Below, piece by piece: positions 40,467 through 51,889 of a DNA stretch of 64,000 nt. The position numbers were made by a program, and so were the translations under genes. The notes beneath the pieces are model-generated. The model was not told the DNA's origin. It searched no databases and saw only the letters and a list, made by a program, of their open reading frames with translations. This DNA comes from Ignavibacteriota bacterium (lineage in GTDB: Bacteria > Bacteroidota > Ignavibacteria > UBA10030 > SZUA-254): NCBI GenBank assembly GCA_025358305.1, contig JANYJZ010000018.1, positions 19,403-83,402 on the forward strand, written 5' to 3'. Within the stretch, counting starts at the first letter, position 1. Each line of letters starts with the position of its first letter.

Positions 40467-42380
40467 TTACTTGTAGCTGCGCTGCGAGGGTTTCACATCC
40501 TCGAACGCGAGCGGCTCCTTGTGGAGCTCGGGCGGTGCGCCCTGTCCCTTGAACTCCCAGGCGGAGACGTAGGAGAACTTCTCGTCGTTGCGCTTTGCTT
40601 CCCCTTCCGGGGTCTGATACTCCTCCCGGAAATGCCCGCCGCAGGATTCCTCGCGCTGGAGCGCATCGCGCACCATGAGTTCGGCGAGTTCCATAAAATC
40701 GGCGACGCGGCCCGCCTTCTCGACCTCCGCATTGAAGTCCTCCGCGCTGCCCGGGACGCGTACGTCCTTCCAGAACTCGCTCCGTAACTCAGGTATGAGC
40801 GTGAGGGCCTTCGTAAGGCCGGCGGCGGTGCGTCCCATGCCGCAGAACTCCCACATGATCTTCCCGAGCCGCTTGTGGAACTCGTCGACGGTCTGTTTTC
40901 CGTTGACGGCGAGAAGCCGCTTCGTGAGGTCTGCGGCGCCTGCAAGCGCTTCTTTGAACGCCGGGTGGTCCGGCGTCACCGGAGGGAATGAAGTCGTGGC
41001 GAGGTAGTCGCCGACGGTGTAGGGGATGATAAAATATCCGTCGGCGAGCCCCTGCATGAGCGCACTCGCGCCGAGACGGTTTGCTCCGTGGTCGGAAAAG
41101 TTCGCCTCGCCGAGGACATATGTCCCCGGGATCGTGCTCATGAGGTTGTAATCGACCCAGAGCCCACCCATGGTGTAGTGGACGGCCGGGTAGATCCGCA
41201 TCGGGACCTCGTAGGCGTTCTCTGCGGTGATCTCGTGATACATGTCGAATAGGTTGCCATATTGCTGCTTCACCCACTCCTTGCCGTTGCGCTTGATCGT
41301 GTCGCTGAAATCGAGGTAGACCGCGAGACCCGTCGAACCGACGCCGTGCCCCTTGTCGCACATTTCCTTCGCACGGCGCGAAGCGACGTCTCGAGGAACG
41401 AGGTTGCCGAAGGAGGGGTAGAGCCGTTCGAGGTAATAATCGCGCTCGTCCTCGGGGATCTCCCGGGGATTACGCTTGTCGCCCGCCTTCTTCGGGACCC
41501 AGATGCGCCCGTCGTTCCGCAGGCTCTCGCTCATGAGAGTGAGTTTCGACTGGTGTTCGCTCGAAACGGGGATGCAGGTCGGGTGGATCTGCGTGAAACA
41601 GGGGTTGCCGAAGAACGCTCCGCGCTTGTATGCGCGCCAGATGGCCGTCGCGTTGCATTGTTTCGCGTTCGTCGAGAGGTAGAACACGTTCCCGTAACCG
41701 CCGGTCGCCAAGATCACGGCGTCGGCGACGTAGGTCTCGAGGGCTCCCGTGATGAGGTTCCGAGCAACGATGCCCCGAGCGTGACCGTCGACAAGGACAA
41801 GGTCGACCATCTCGCGCCGGGGATAGAACTTCACTTTCTTACCGTCGATCTCCTTCGAGAGGGCCTGATACGCCCCGAGGAGAAGCTGTTGGCCGGTCTG
41901 GCCTCTGGCGTAGAACGTCCGCGAGACTTGCGCACCGCCAAAGGAGCGGTTGTCGAGGAGCCCGCCGTATTCGCGCGCGAACGGGACGCCTTGGGCGACG
42001 CACTGATCGATGATACTGCCGCTCACCTGTGCGAGGCGATAGACGTTCGCTTCCCGCGCACGGTAGTCGCCCCCCTTCACGGTGTCGTAGAAGAGCCTCC
42101 AGATGCTGTCGCCGTCGTTCTTGTAGTTCTTCGGCGCGTTGATGCCGCCCTGTGCGGCGATGCTGTGTGCGCGCCGCGGAGACTCGTGGTAGCAGATCGA
42201 GGTGACGTTGTAGCCGAGTTCGGCGAGAGAGGCCGCCGCCGAGGCGCCCGCGAGCCCGGTGCCGACGACGATGACGTGGTACTTCCGTTTGTTCGCGGGG
42301 TTGACGAGCTTCAGGCCGAAGCGGTGGTTGTCCCACTTCTCTTGGACGGGTCCGGCCGGTATCTTCGATTGTAGGGTCAT
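40467..42380 (-). CDS. sdhA: Succinate dehydrogenase/fumarate reductase flavoprotein
   Basis: [35 protein letters not shown]. Start at MTLQS. Confidence 0.96.
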   Translation of the reverse strand: MTLQSKIPAGPVQEKWDNHRFGLKLVNPANKRKYHVIVVGTGLAGASAAASLAELGYNVTSICYHESPRRAHSIAAQGGINAPKNYKNDGDSIWRLFYDTVKGGDYRAREANVYRLAQVSGSIIDQCVAQGVPFAREYGGLLDNRSFGGAQVSRTFYARGQTGQQLLLGAYQALSKEIDGKKVKFYPRREMVDLVLVDGHARGIVARNLITGALETYVADAVILATGGYGNVFYLSTNAKQCNATAIWRAYKRGAFFGNPCFTQIHPTCIPVSSEHQSKLTLMSESLRNDGRIWVPKKAGDKRNPREIPEDERDYYLERLYPSFGNLVPRDVASRRAKEMCDKGHGVGSTGLAVYLDFSDTIKRNGKEWVKQQYGNLFDMYHEITAENAYEVPMRIYPAVHYTMGGLWVDYNLMSTIPGTYVLGEANFSDHGANRLGASALMQGLADGYFIIPYTVGDYLATTSFPPVTPDHPAFKEALAGAADLTKRLLAVNGKQTVDEFHKRLGKIMWEFCGMGRTAAGLTKALTLIPELRSEFWKDVRVPGSAEDFNAEVEKAGRVADFMELAELMVRDALQREESCGGHFREEYQTPEGEAKRNDEKFSYVSAWEFKGQGAPPELHKEPLAFEDVKPSQRSYK

Positions 42381-43033
42381 GGGTTTATCAGGAAATAGAC
42401 GGGCATGGAGATGAAACCGAGCGGGATGAGGAGCCAGAAGACCATACCCGCCAAGTGAATGAGGGGCGCATACTTCTGCTTCTTGATCCCGAATGTCTGA
42501 AACGCCGACTGGAAGCCGTGGCGCAGGTGGAACGCGAGGAGCGCGATCGCGACGATGTAGAACGCGCAGTACACCGGGTCCGAGAAGGCCGCGCGTACGA
42601 GCTGGTACATGGACGGATTCTCCGCGGCGTAGAACCGCGAGGCGACCCAGAACGTCCGCAAGTGGACGACAAGAAAGATGAACACGATGCTCCCGGTGAG
42701 GAACATCGTGCGCGACATCCACGTGCTGTTCTCCGACACGTCGTTCCGGACGTACTTTTCCGGCCGGGCGCCCCTGTTCGTCAGCCAGGTGATCGTCCCC
42801 GTGACGAGATGGAGGATGAACCCGGCGAACAGGACGATCTCCATCGTGCGGATAAAGAGGTTCGTCGACATGAACATGCCGTACGCGTCGAACGCGGCGC
42901 CGCCGTCATGCTTGAAGAGGAGAAAGTTCCCGCTGAGGTGGACGACGAGGAAGCTGCAGAGAAAGAGGCCCGTCAGGCCCATGACAAACTTCTTGCCGAC
43001 GGAGGAATGATACAAGGTAGCGAACAGTCCCAT
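42377..43033 (-). CDS. sdhC: Succinate dehydrogenase cytochrome b subunit
   Basis: SSVGKK..MGLTG, His-bearing TMs, [12 protein letters not shown]. Confidence 0.92.
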   Translation of the reverse strand: MGLFATLYHSSVGKKFVMGLTGLFLCSFLVVHLSGNFLLFKHDGGAAFDAYGMFMSTNLFIRTMEIVLFAGFILHLVTGTITWLTNRGARPEKYVRNDVSENSTWMSRTMFLTGSIVFIFLVVHLRTFWVASRFYAAENPSMYQLVRAAFSDPVYCAFYIVAIALLAFHLRHGFQSAFQTFGIKKQKYAPLIHLAGMVFWLLIPLGFISMPVYFLINP

Positions 43034-43158
43034 GGATGCTCTTCTGAAGGAAGTAGTCAGTGTACCGATTACGGCGTTCAATGTAGGAAACACGGCGCAA
43101 AGAAGCAAGGAAAGCGCGCGGGCGGAGGCGCGCATACTCGCGTGAAAATCGGACCGGC

Positions 43159-44037
43159 TTATCCGGCAACGGCGTCGCTGATGAACCTCCGGACGGAGAT
43201 GAGGCTCCCGAGGAGTCCCAGGGCCGTTCCGGCGAGCGTCATGAGCCCGTAGAACGAAAGTTCGGCGCGGAGGAACTCCGCGAGCTCGCCGGAGATCATT
43301 CCCGTGACGAATGTGAGAAGATAGTACATGAGGAGTGCGGCGAGCATCCCCCCGAGGAGGCCCTGGATGACCCCTTCCAAGATGAACGGCGACCGAATGA
43401 ACCACCGGGAGGCGCCGACGAGCTTCATTGTCTGGACCGAACGACGCTTCGCGTCGATGGCGAGCCGGATCGTGTTCGACACCAGAATGATGGCGGAAAT
43501 GGCGATGAGGATGCCGAGGCCGAGCCCGCCGAGGGAAAGCGCCCGGGACTGCTTTTCGATGAATTGGAGCATATCCTTACGGAAGATGTCCGACTGTACG
43601 CCGTCGATCGCGAGAATGCGTTCGTGGAGCTCTTCCGCTTTCACCGTGTTCCGGTACTCCGGCTTCAGAAAGATCTTGAACGAGGGAGGTAAGGGGTTGA
43701 CGTCGAGAACGCTCATGATGTCCTCCCCGAACTCCTCGCGGAAGATCTTCGCCGCCGCCTCCTTCGAGACGAACTCAACATGGTCGACGCCGTCCAGGGC
43801 CGTGAGCGCCCGCTCGACGTCGGCGATCTTCGCCTTCGGCGCGGGTTCATCGAGGAACGCCTCCATCTCGACGCGCTCCCGGATGCTCCCGACGAGCCGC
43901 GATGTGTTGTCGGCGATGACGTAGAAGATCCCGAGGAACAACAGCGAGATCATGATCGTCATGATCGAGCTCAAGGCGGCGAACTTGGCGCGGTTGAAAC
44001 CGGAAAGGCTTTCCCGGACGACGTACATCAGGCTCAT
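43159..44037 (-). CDS. ftsX: Cell division permease FtsX
   Basis: NPLP.SF, SNTIRLAI, MKLVGA..WFIR.PF. Confidence 0.93.
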   Translation of the reverse strand: MSLMYVVRESLSGFNRAKFAALSSIMTIMISLLFLGIFYVIADNTSRLVGSIRERVEMEAFLDEPAPKAKIADVERALTALDGVDHVEFVSKEAAAKIFREEFGEDIMSVLDVNPLPPSFKIFLKPEYRNTVKAEELHERILAIDGVQSDIFRKDMLQFIEKQSRALSLGGLGLGILIAISAIILVSNTIRLAIDAKRRSVQTMKLVGASRWFIRSPFILEGVIQGLLGGMLAALLMYYLLTFVTGMISGELAEFLRAELSFYGLMTLAGTALGLLGSLISVRRFISDAVAG

Positions 44038-44079
44038 GGCCGTACCCCTCTCATCATGTTCGTTCCTGTCATAGTTCTC

Positions 44080-44595
44080 CTAATAGTTCGATTCATCCCG
44101 CCACCGGACGATCTTCCACGGATCGCTGATCGTCGGACGGACCAGGGTGAGGTTTGCGTAGCCGTCGATGCGCGTCACGTCGCTCGGATTGAACGTCACC
44201 GTGAGGTTGAATCCCCGTATGATCGTTCTCGCGGTGTCAGTCCCTTCGGACGAGAGCTCGTTGTTCCAGGTGAGCGTGAGGGTCTGGACGCTCTGGAACA
44301 GCCCGGACGACGTGCGCATCTCGTCCGTCCGGCCCCACGTGACGTCGACGCCGAGGTCGTAGTCGGTATAGATGAACGTGAAACCCGGGGCCAGGATCGA
44401 GCCGTAGAGCGTCGTGTCCTTGAACGCGTACGCGTTCCGAAACACGCAGAAGACGTCGTCGGTCTTCGTCAGGTCGGTGCAGACCTGCGAGGAGAGCTGC
44501 GTGTCGAGCTTCGGCGCGAACGGGTTGACGCACGAGAGTCCGGATGCGGCCAAGGCAAGGACGAGCGGCCAGAGAAGCATGCGGGCGCGGATCAC
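44080..44595 (-). CDS. Hypothetical lipoprotein
   Basis: Lipobox GLSC-VNPFAP; GTGA overlap with the upstream gene. Confidence 0.75.
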   Translation of the reverse strand: MIRARMLLWPLVLALAASGLSCVNPFAPKLDTQLSSQVCTDLTKTDDVFCVFRNAYAFKDTTLYGSILAPGFTFIYTDYDLGVDVTWGRTDEMRTSSGLFQSVQTLTLTWNNELSSEGTDTARTIIRGFNLTVTFNPSDVTRIDGYANLTLVRPTISDPWKIVRWRDESNY

Positions 44596-45164
44596 TTGTC
44601 GAACCAGAATTTTAGGTAGCTCCACGTTGAATCCGTCGTCGCCGGCAGACGGTTGTCCCGCCACTGGTCGATCCCCCAACGTCCCTGCGGGTCGATCGCG
44701 AGATGGAGCTGCATATTGCCCCGGACGAACTTCGGCGCAAAGGGGTCCTTGTGGGGGAAATAGAGCGAGTAGTTCACGTTGTAGGTCGAATCGGCATAGA
44801 ACGTCGTGTTCTGTATGGCGTTCGTCAGAAGCGGCGTCCCGTCGATCGTCGCCCCCATCGACCGGAAGTACCGGCGCTCGTCCTCGAGGGTCCAGACGGT
44901 GATGTTCGGCCGGAGGTCCTGCGACGGCACGAACGCGAACGGCCGGAATGTCGTGTCGATGAAGCAGCGCAGGTAGTTGTCCAGGTTGTTTTCGCGGATC
45001 GCGGACTGGAGGTTGTGGAGCACCGCGTCGGGCGTCACCGGCGGTTCGAATGTCGAGGTGGACTGCGTCGGGGGAGCGGGCTCGCGGGTCTGGAAGATGT
45101 CGCACCCCTGAACGGAGAGAAGGGCCAGTGTCGCGGCCAGGATCAGGGCGGGAGCGTGGGGCAT
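44592..45164 (-). CDS. Hypothetical lipoprotein
   Basis: Lipobox VQGC-DIF; 1-nt overlap with the recR stop. Confidence 0.75.
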   Translation of the reverse strand: MPHAPALILAATLALLSVQGCDIFQTREPAPPTQSTSTFEPPVTPDAVLHNLQSAIRENNLDNYLRCFIDTTFRPFAFVPSQDLRPNITVWTLEDERRYFRSMGATIDGTPLLTNAIQNTTFYADSTYNVNYSLYFPHKDPFAPKFVRGNMQLHLAIDPQGRWGIDQWRDNRLPATTDSTWSYLKFWFDK

Positions 45165-45760
45165 CAGACGGCGACGCGCCCTTCGATGGCCCGGGAAAGT
45201 GTCGCCTCGTCGGCGAACTCAAGATCGCCGCCGATCGGGATGCCGCGGGCGAGCCGCGTCACGTCGACGCCGAGCGGCTTGAGGAGCCTGGTGAGATAGA
45301 TCGTCGTGGCTTCCCCCTCGATGTTCGGGTTCAAGGCGAGGATAACCTCGTGGACCTCCGGGGTGATCCGGACGAGGAGCTCCTTCACCTTCAGGTCCTC
45401 CGGGCCGATCCCCTCGAGCGGGGCAAGCGCGCCGCCCAGAACGTGGTAGTGCCCGCGGTAATCATTCGTCTTCTCGATGGCCATGACATCGTTCGGTTCT
45501 TCCACGACGCAGATGATGTTGGCGTCGCGCTTCGGGTTGGAGCAGACGGGGCAGGGATCCGTCTCCGTGAAGTTCCAGCACGTCGTGCAGTAGCGCATCT
45601 TCTCCTTGACGTTCATGAGCGCCGCCGCCATCGCTGCAACCTCCTCCTTCGGGAGCTTGAGGATGTAGAGGGCGAGGCGCTGCGCGGACTTCCTCCCAAT
45701 GCCGGGAAGTTGCGCGAACTCTTCGATCAATTCATGGAGCGAATCAGCGGTATAGAGCAT
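45164..45760 (-). CDS. recR: Recombination mediator RecR
   Basis: [12 protein letters not shown]4 zinc finger, YHVLGG, TOPRIM, LEFADE. Confidence 0.96.
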   Translation of the reverse strand: MLYTADSLHELIEEFAQLPGIGRKSAQRLALYILKLPKEEVAAMAAALMNVKEKMRYCTTCWNFTETDPCPVCSNPKRDANIICVVEEPNDVMAIEKTNDYRGHYHVLGGALAPLEGIGPEDLKVKELLVRITPEVHEVILALNPNIEGEATTIYLTRLLKPLGVDVTRLARGIPIGGDLEFADEATLSRAIEGRVAV

Positions 45761-45820
45761 GCATCCTGTCGTAATAGGTGGTTCAGCGAGGACCGTCGGC
45801 CGCACGTCGGGCCGCGCGGT

Positions 45821-46156
45821 TTAGAAACCGGGGAGGTTCATCCCCGGAATGTTCGGGATCATCCCGGCGGTGGCCTTGCTCATTTCGTCCTGGGCGAGCT
45901 TCTGCGATTCCTCGAGGGCCTTGTTCACGGCCGCGACGACGAGGTCTTCGAGCATCTCGGCGTCCTCGGGATTGATGACCTCCTTCTCGATCTGGATCTT
46001 CATGATCTGCTGCTTGCCGTTCGCGGTCACTTTTACCATGCCGCCCCCCGCTTCGGCCAAGACCATCTTCTGCTCGAGTTGCGATTGGACCATTGCCATC
46101 TTTTCCTGCATTTTCTGCATCTGTTTCATCATTCCCTGCATATTGGGCATGCCCAT
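45821..46156 (-). CDS. ybaB: YbaB/EbfC nucleoid-associated protein
   Basis: [19 protein letters not shown]; upstream of recR. Confidence 0.93.
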   Translation of the reverse strand: MGMPNMQGMMKQMQKMQEKMAMVQSQLEQKMVLAEAGGGMVKVTANGKQQIMKIQIEKEVINPEDAEMLEDLVVAAVNKALEESQKLAQDEMSKATAGMIPNIPGMNLPGF

Positions 46157-46244
46157 ATTCACACCTTTCCTCGGACGGTTGACCACTTGTTCTGCGCCCG
46201 GCTTGGGGGCGGCAGTCGACAAAATTGAGAGAGACACGGAGGGC

Positions 46245-46380
46245 AATATATCTCTTTTCGTTCGGAAAATCAATAAACTTCATGGAAGAGGAAACGGCCG
46301 GAACTTCTTCATTCCCAACGGCGTACCAAAGGAAAGGGCCCTCCAAAAACCTTGACTTTCTACGCAAAATGAGTTACATT
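46245..46380. promoter_or_regulatory. Divergent promoters: minus TTGATT-N17-TATATT (46273-46245), plus TTGACT-N17-TACATT (46352-46380)
   Basis: Read directly. Confidence 0.65.
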
Positions 46381-46405
46381 TTAGAATAAATTTGCGCCAT
46401 TTCTC

Positions 46406-47269
46406 TTGAATTCACCAGAATCTTCTGCCGCAGAGACCCGCGGCGTTCGCCGTGCGACCGGGGGCGATAAACGGCTTCAGGACGCGTTGCACGCGAGCGG
46501 TCCCATCCCGGTGCACATCGCCGTGATCATGGACGGGAACGGTCGCTGGGCGAAGAAGCGCGGGTTCCCGCGCATCGCCGGACACAATGAAGGCGTCGAA
46601 TCGGTCCGCGATACGGTCGAGGCGTGCGGACAACTCGGGGTGAAGCATCTGACGCTTTATGCGTTCTCGACGGAGAACTGGAAGCGCCCCCAAGAGGAGG
46701 TCTCCATGCTCATGCGCCTTCTCATGCGCGCCTTGCGCGACGAGACCGACAAGCTCCACGAGAACAACGTGAAGGTCGACACGATCGGCGACTTCCCAAC
46801 GCTCCCTATCGAGGTCCAAGATGAGCTCACCGACGCGATGACGAAGACGAAGCTCAATACGGGGCTTCATCTCCATCTCGCCCTGAGCTACAGTGGACGG
46901 TGGGACATCACCACGGCGATCAAGGCGATCGCAGAGGATGTCCGGCGAGGGACGCTCGCGCCGGAATCGATCGACGACCAGCTCGTCTCGCGCTACCTCG
47001 CGACGAAGAACGTCCCCGATCCCGACCTCCTCATCCGCACGAGCGGGGAATTTCGTATCAGCAATTTCCTTCTCTGGCAGCTTGCGTATTCCGAGATCTA
47101 CATCAGCACGTCGTGCTGGCCAGATTTCCGGCGGAAGGAGCTCTACGAGGCGATCACCGACTTTCAGCGCAGAGAACGACGCTACGGCATGGTGAGCGAA
47201 CAGCTCCAGCCGGGCAAACGCAAGCCCAACGCAGTCCAGCGATTTTTCAATAACGTTTCAGGGTCATAA
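46406..47269 (+). CDS. uppS: Undecaprenyl diphosphate synthase
   Basis: HIAVIMDGNGRW, FSTENWKRP, RTSGE.RISNFLLWQ. Confidence 0.96.
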   Translation: MNSPESSAAETRGVRRATGGDKRLQDALHASGPIPVHIAVIMDGNGRWAKKRGFPRIAGHNEGVESVRDTVEACGQLGVKHLTLYAFSTENWKRPQEEVSMLMRLLMRALRDETDKLHENNVKVDTIGDFPTLPIEVQDELTDAMTKTKLNTGLHLHLALSYSGRWDITTAIKAIAEDVRRGTLAPESIDDQLVSRYLATKNVPDPDLLIRTSGEFRISNFLLWQLAYSEIYISTSCWPDFRRKELYEAITDFQRRERRYGMVSEQLQPGKRKPNAVQRFFNNVSGS

Positions 47270-47273
47270 CATC

Positions 47274-49658
47274 TTGCACCGCCTCGTTCTCCCCCTGTGT
47301 CTCTGCTGTCTGGTTTTCACGATCCCCGGCTTCTCGCAACAGCCCGTGTCGGAAACCCTCAAGATTCTCGGCATCTCCGTCGAAGGCATCCGGTCCGGTT
47401 CGGGAACCGACGAAGGCGCCGTCATCTCCAACACCGGATTGAAGACCGGCGACGAGATCACGATCCCGGGGGACAAGGTCCGCCAAGCCATCCAGCGTCT
47501 CTGGGCCTTGAGGATCTTCTCCGACGTGCAGATGCTCACCGAGAACCGGGTCGGCAACGGCGTCTACCTCTTGATCAAAGTAGCCGAATATCCGAGGATC
47601 CGGCACGTCGAGATCCACGGCGCGAACGACGTCGGCGAGGACGACATCCAGAAGAAGGTCGCCCTCATCGACGGCCAGGTCCTGGCACCCGAGGACCTGA
47701 GCCGGATCATCAAGAACGTCAAGACGCTCTACGAAGAGAAGAATCACCTCCTGGCGAAGGTGACGACCGAATCGGTCGTGGACGACACCGCCAAGGGGAA
47801 CGTCGTCACGCTGCGCGTGAACATCGAGGAAGGCCCGAGCGTCAGCATCGACCGGATCCACTTCCTCGGCAACACCGCGTTCAGCGAGGACGACCTCAAG
47901 GGCAAGCTCGACGACACGGGCGAAAAGACATGGTGGCATTTCTGGTCGAGTGCGGACTTCCACAAGGAGAAGTATGCGAAGGACAAGCAACGCGTCATCG
48001 ACTTCTACCGGAAGAACGGCTACATCGACGCCGAACTCGTCAGCGATTCCCTCGCCTACAGCCAGGACAAGAAGAAGCTGACGATCTTCATGACCGTCCA
48101 CGAAGGCGCACAATACAAGATCCGGCACATCACGTGGGAAGGAGGCATGGTGTACCGGCCCGAGGTGCTCGAGGAGCGGCTCCAGTGCCGCCCGGGAGAG
48201 GTCTATAACGCGGAGAAGTTCGAACAGAACCTGCGCGGCAACCCGGACCAGACCGACGTCGCATCGCTTTATCTCGACAACGGCTACCTCACGTTCGCCC
48301 TGGAACCAGACATCCGACGCGTCGCGCCGGACAGCCTCGATATTTCCATCAAGATCCTCGAACGCAACCAGTTCCGGGTCGGGAAGGTGGATATCAAGGG
48401 GAACACGAAGACGCAGGAGTTCGTCATCCGCAGGGAGCTCTTCACTCGGCCCGGGGACTTCTTCAATCGCTCCCAGATCATTCGGAGCCTCCGGCAGCTT
48501 TCCCAGCTGAACTACTTCAACCCCGAGCACATCCGCCCGGACTACCATATCAACGACGACGGCGAGACCGTCGACCTCGTCTATGAGGTCGAGGAGAAGT
48601 CGAGCGACAACGTCAACGCGTCGGTCGGGTACAGCCAGGCCTTCGGCGTCACGGGCTCCCTCGGCTTCACGATCAACAACTTTTCGATCGCCGAGCCGCT
48701 TGTCGGCGGCGCGGGGCAGCTCTTCAATTTCGAGTGGCAGTTTGGCGAGGGGGCGCGCTACCGCACCTTCTCCCTCAACTTCACCGAGCCCTGGCTCTAC
48801 GGCAAGCCCACGACCCTCGGCCTGAGCCTCTTCGACACGCGGCAGATCTACACGTACGACCTGCGCCAGACCGGCCTCTCGGCCCGCATCGGCCGGCGCC
48901 TGAACTGGCCCGACAACTATTTCCGCGCGGACTGGACGTTCCGGTTCCAGAACATCGACGTCCTCGACAACGGCGGCAACCCCTACATCCAGACGGGCAA
49001 GACGACGCAGTACAGCGTCACGCAGACGATCTCCCGGAACAGCACCGACAGCCCGATCTTCCCGGCGGACGGTTCGAGCATCTCGCTCTCCATGGAGATG
49101 TCCGGCGGCCCCCTCCTCCCCGGAAACGTCGACTACCATAAGTGGCTCTTCGACGCGGACTGGTACACGCCGCTCTTCGGCACGACGCGTCTCGTACTGT
49201 CAAGCGCCACCACCTTCGGCTACGTCGACGGGTTCAAAGCCACGTCGAACATCCCGCCGAATGAGAAGTTCTACATGGGCGGTACCGGCGTCGGCTACAT
49301 CGCGACGACGTCGCTGCGCGGCTACGAGGACCGGAGCGTCGGCCCGGTCAACAGCGCCGGCCAGGAACTCGGCGGCAACGTCGTGACGAAGCACACCCTG
49401 GAACTGCGCTTTGCGCTCGCCCTCAATCCGATCCCGATCTACCTCCTCACCTTCGCCGAAGGAGGCAATGTTTTCGCAGACTTTTCCCACGCGGACCTTT
49501 TCGACCTCAAAAGGTCGTACGGGTTCGGCGCGCGGCTCCTCATCAATCCGCTCGGTCTCATCGGCTTCGACTACGGCTACGGCGCGGACGACGTCTACCC
49601 GAAGGACGGCAAGCCCGACGGCTGGAAGTTCCACTTCCAGTTCGGCAGAGGTTTTTAA
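47274..49658 (+). CDS. bamA: Outer membrane protein assembly factor BamA
   Basis: POTRA repeats (GNTKT...IRRE), FTEPWL, LRGY, C-terminal F. Confidence 0.94.
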   Translation: MHRLVLPLCLCCLVFTIPGFSQQPVSETLKILGISVEGIRSGSGTDEGAVISNTGLKTGDEITIPGDKVRQAIQRLWALRIFSDVQMLTENRVGNGVYLLIKVAEYPRIRHVEIHGANDVGEDDIQKKVALIDGQVLAPEDLSRIIKNVKTLYEEKNHLLAKVTTESVVDDTAKGNVVTLRVNIEEGPSVSIDRIHFLGNTAFSEDDLKGKLDDTGEKTWWHFWSSADFHKEKYAKDKQRVIDFYRKNGYIDAELVSDSLAYSQDKKKLTIFMTVHEGAQYKIRHITWEGGMVYRPEVLEERLQCRPGEVYNAEKFEQNLRGNPDQTDVASLYLDNGYLTFALEPDIRRVAPDSLDISIKILERNQFRVGKVDIKGNTKTQEFVIRRELFTRPGDFFNRSQIIRSLRQLSQLNYFNPEHIRPDYHINDDGETVDLVYEVEEKSSDNVNASVGYSQAFGVTGSLGFTINNFSIAEPLVGGAGQLFNFEWQFGEGARYRTFSLNFTEPWLYGKPTTLGLSLFDTRQIYTYDLRQTGLSARIGRRLNWPDNYFRADWTFRFQNIDVLDNGGNPYIQTGKTTQYSVTQTISRNSTDSPIFPADGSSISLSMEMSGGPLLPGNVDYHKWLFDADWYTPLFGTTRLVLSSATTFGYVDGFKATSNIPPNEKFYMGGTGVGYIATTSLRGYEDRSVGPVNSAGQELGGNVVTKHTLELRFALALNPIPIYLLTFAEGGNVFADFSHADLFDLKRSYGFGARLLINPLGLIGFDYGYGADDVYPKDGKPDGWKFHFQFGRGF

Positions 49659-49703
49659 CTGAACATGCATCATTCCTATCTTCCACTATTCATCGAGGTC
49701 ACT

Positions 49704-50246
49704 GTGAAACGTACGATTTTCCTTATCTCACTCTTCACCCTTCTCCTGGCCGCCGGCGCCCGCCCCGTCATGGCGCAGTCGCCGAAGATCGGATTCGTCA
49801 ACTCGTCCAAGATCCTCTCGGAATTCCCCGAAGCGCAGCAAGCGAACAAGAAGCTCGACGCCATGGGTCGCCAGTGGCAGGCGGAGCTCGAGCGCATGAG
49901 CAAGGACCTCCAGGGGAAGTATGATGAATTCCAGAAGAAGGAAGCGCTCCTCAACGAGACCGAGAAACGCGCCCAGCGCGAGGACCTCGTGGCACTCGAA
50001 CAGCGCGGGATCCAGTACCGAACGCAGAAGTTCGGCAACGACGGCGAACTCGCCGTCGCGACGGACTCCCTCTTGACGCCCATCAAGCAGAAGGTCATCC
50101 GCATCATCGAGGAGATCGCCAAGAAGGAGAAGATCCAGTTCATCTTCGACCGGAACGACCAGATCCTCGTGCTTCTCTACGGCGAGCCGAAATTCGACTA
50201 CACGAACCTCGTCATCGACCGCCTCAAGCGCGGCGTGGACAAATGA
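49704..50246 (+). CDS. skp: OmpH/Skp chaperone
   Basis: KIGFVNS, coiled coil; follows bamA. Confidence 0.9.
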   Translation: MKRTIFLISLFTLLLAAGARPVMAQSPKIGFVNSSKILSEFPEAQQANKKLDAMGRQWQAELERMSKDLQGKYDEFQKKEALLNETEKRAQREDLVALEQRGIQYRTQKFGNDGELAVATDSLLTPIKQKVIRIIEEIAKKEKIQFIFDRNDQILVLLYGEPKFDYTNLVIDRLKRGVDK

Positions 50247-50278
50247 CGCTCACTGCATCCGTCAAAGGAACCGCACAT

Positions 50279-50809
50279 ATGAAAACATCCCTCGCACTCG
50301 CCGCTGTCTGCATGCTCCTCTGCTGCACGGCAGTCTCCGTCCAGGCCCAGGCCAAGATCGGCTGGGTGAACTCCGCAGCGATCATGGAGAAGCTCCCGGA
50401 GGCCCAGGACGCCCAGCACCAGATCGACAAGCTCGTGGCCGACTGGCAGGAAGAGCTCGCCAAGATGCAGAACGACTGGCAGAAGAAGTACGAAGAGTAC
50501 GACAAGAAGAAGCTCATCATGACCGACCAGCTCCGGGCGCAGTCCGAGCGGGACCTTCAGGAGCTCGAGAAGAAGATCGCGGACTTCCGCACGAAGAAGT
50601 TCGGGCAGTCGGGCGAGCTCTTCAACAAGCAGAACGAACTCATGAAGCCACTCCAGAACAAGGTCTTCAAGGTCATCCAGGACCTCGCGAAGGAGAATGA
50701 CTACGACTACGTCTTCGACAAGAGCGGCGACATCCTCCTGCTCTACACGAACGACAAATTCGACCTCACCGCCAAGGTCTTAGAGCGGATCACCACGTTC
50801 AACAAGTGA
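50279..50809 (+). CDS. skp: OmpH/Skp chaperone (second paralog)
   Basis: KIGWVNS, YDYVFDK, DLT. Confidence 0.9.
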   Translation: MKTSLALAAVCMLLCCTAVSVQAQAKIGWVNSAAIMEKLPEAQDAQHQIDKLVADWQEELAKMQNDWQKKYEEYDKKKLIMTDQLRAQSERDLQELEKKIADFRTKKFGQSGELFNKQNELMKPLQNKVFKVIQDLAKENDYDYVFDKSGDILLLYTNDKFDLTAKVLERITTFNK

Positions 50810-50817
50810 CCTGACGC

Positions 50818-51876
50818 ATGCACCTACGCGAGATCGCGGCGCTCGTCGGCGGAGAGATCGTCGGGAGCGCGGACGCTGAGATCCTCCGCGTCGAGAAGAT
50901 CGAGGAGGCCCGCTCCGGCGCCATCACGTTTCTTGCGAACCGGAAGTACAAGCAGTTCCTCGGCACGACGGGCGCCAGCGCCATCCTCGTCGGCCGCACC
51001 ACGCCGGCGGAGGAGCTCCGGGGACATACCGGACGGCTCTCCTTTGTCCTGGTGGACGACCCGTACCGTTCGTTCCTCCGGCTCGTCGATGTGTTCCATC
51101 CCGCCGCCACCACGACGCTCAAAGGCATCCATCCGACGGCGATCGTCGCGCCGGGCGCTACGGTCCATCCCGACGCGGTGCTGGGAGCGTACGTCATCGT
51201 CGGAGAGCGTGCGGCGATCGGCGCCCGCGCGGTCATTCTCCATCACTGCGTGATCGCCGAGGACGTGACCGTCGGCGACGACACGCTCCTCTACCCTTCG
51301 GTCGTCGTCCGTGAAGGCACGAAGATCGGCCTGCGCGTCATCATCCACTCCGGGACGGTCATCGGGAGCGACGGATTCGGGTTCGCACCGACCCCCAGCG
51401 GAGCATACGAAAAGATCCCGCAGCGCGGGACCGTCGTCGTCGGCGACGACGTCGAGATCGGCGCGAACTGCACCATCGACAGGGCCACCCTGGGCGAAAC
51501 TCGCATCGAGCGCGGCGTGAAGATGGACAACCTTATCATGATCGCGCACAACGTGACGATCGGCGAGGACACCGTCATCGCAGGACAGGCCGGCGTCTCC
51601 GGCAGCACGAAGATCGGCAAGCAGTGCATGATCGGAGGCCAGGCCGGCTTCGCCGGCCACATCACCATCGCGGACCGCACGGGGGCGGGAGCCCAGTCCG
51701 GATACGCAAAATCGATCACGGAGCCGGGAACGAACTGGTTCGGTTCACCTGCGAAAGAGGTCTCCCGCGCGTTCCGCATCGAGGCGGCCCTCAAGCAGCT
51801 CCCCGAGCTCCTCACCGAGGTCCAGCAACTCAAGCTGCGGATCGCAGAGCTCGAACAACAACTTCACGGAAAGTAA
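50818..51876 (+). CDS. lpxD: UDP-3-O-acyl-glucosamine N-acyltransferase
   Basis: Hexapeptide repeats, GSDGFGF, DVEIGAN.TIDR, IAHNV. Confidence 0.95.
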   Translation: MHLREIAALVGGEIVGSADAEILRVEKIEEARSGAITFLANRKYKQFLGTTGASAILVGRTTPAEELRGHTGRLSFVLVDDPYRSFLRLVDVFHPAATTTLKGIHPTAIVAPGATVHPDAVLGAYVIVGERAAIGARAVILHHCVIAEDVTVGDDTLLYPSVVVREGTKIGLRVIIHSGTVIGSDGFGFAPTPSGAYEKIPQRGTVVVGDDVEIGANCTIDRATLGETRIERGVKMDNLIMIAHNVTIGEDTVIAGQAGVSGSTKIGKQCMIGGQAGFAGHITIADRTGAGAQSGYAKSITEPGTNWFGSPAKEVSRAFRIEAALKQLPELLTEVQQLKLRIAELEQQLHGK

Positions 51877-51889
51877 CGAAAGGACCCGC

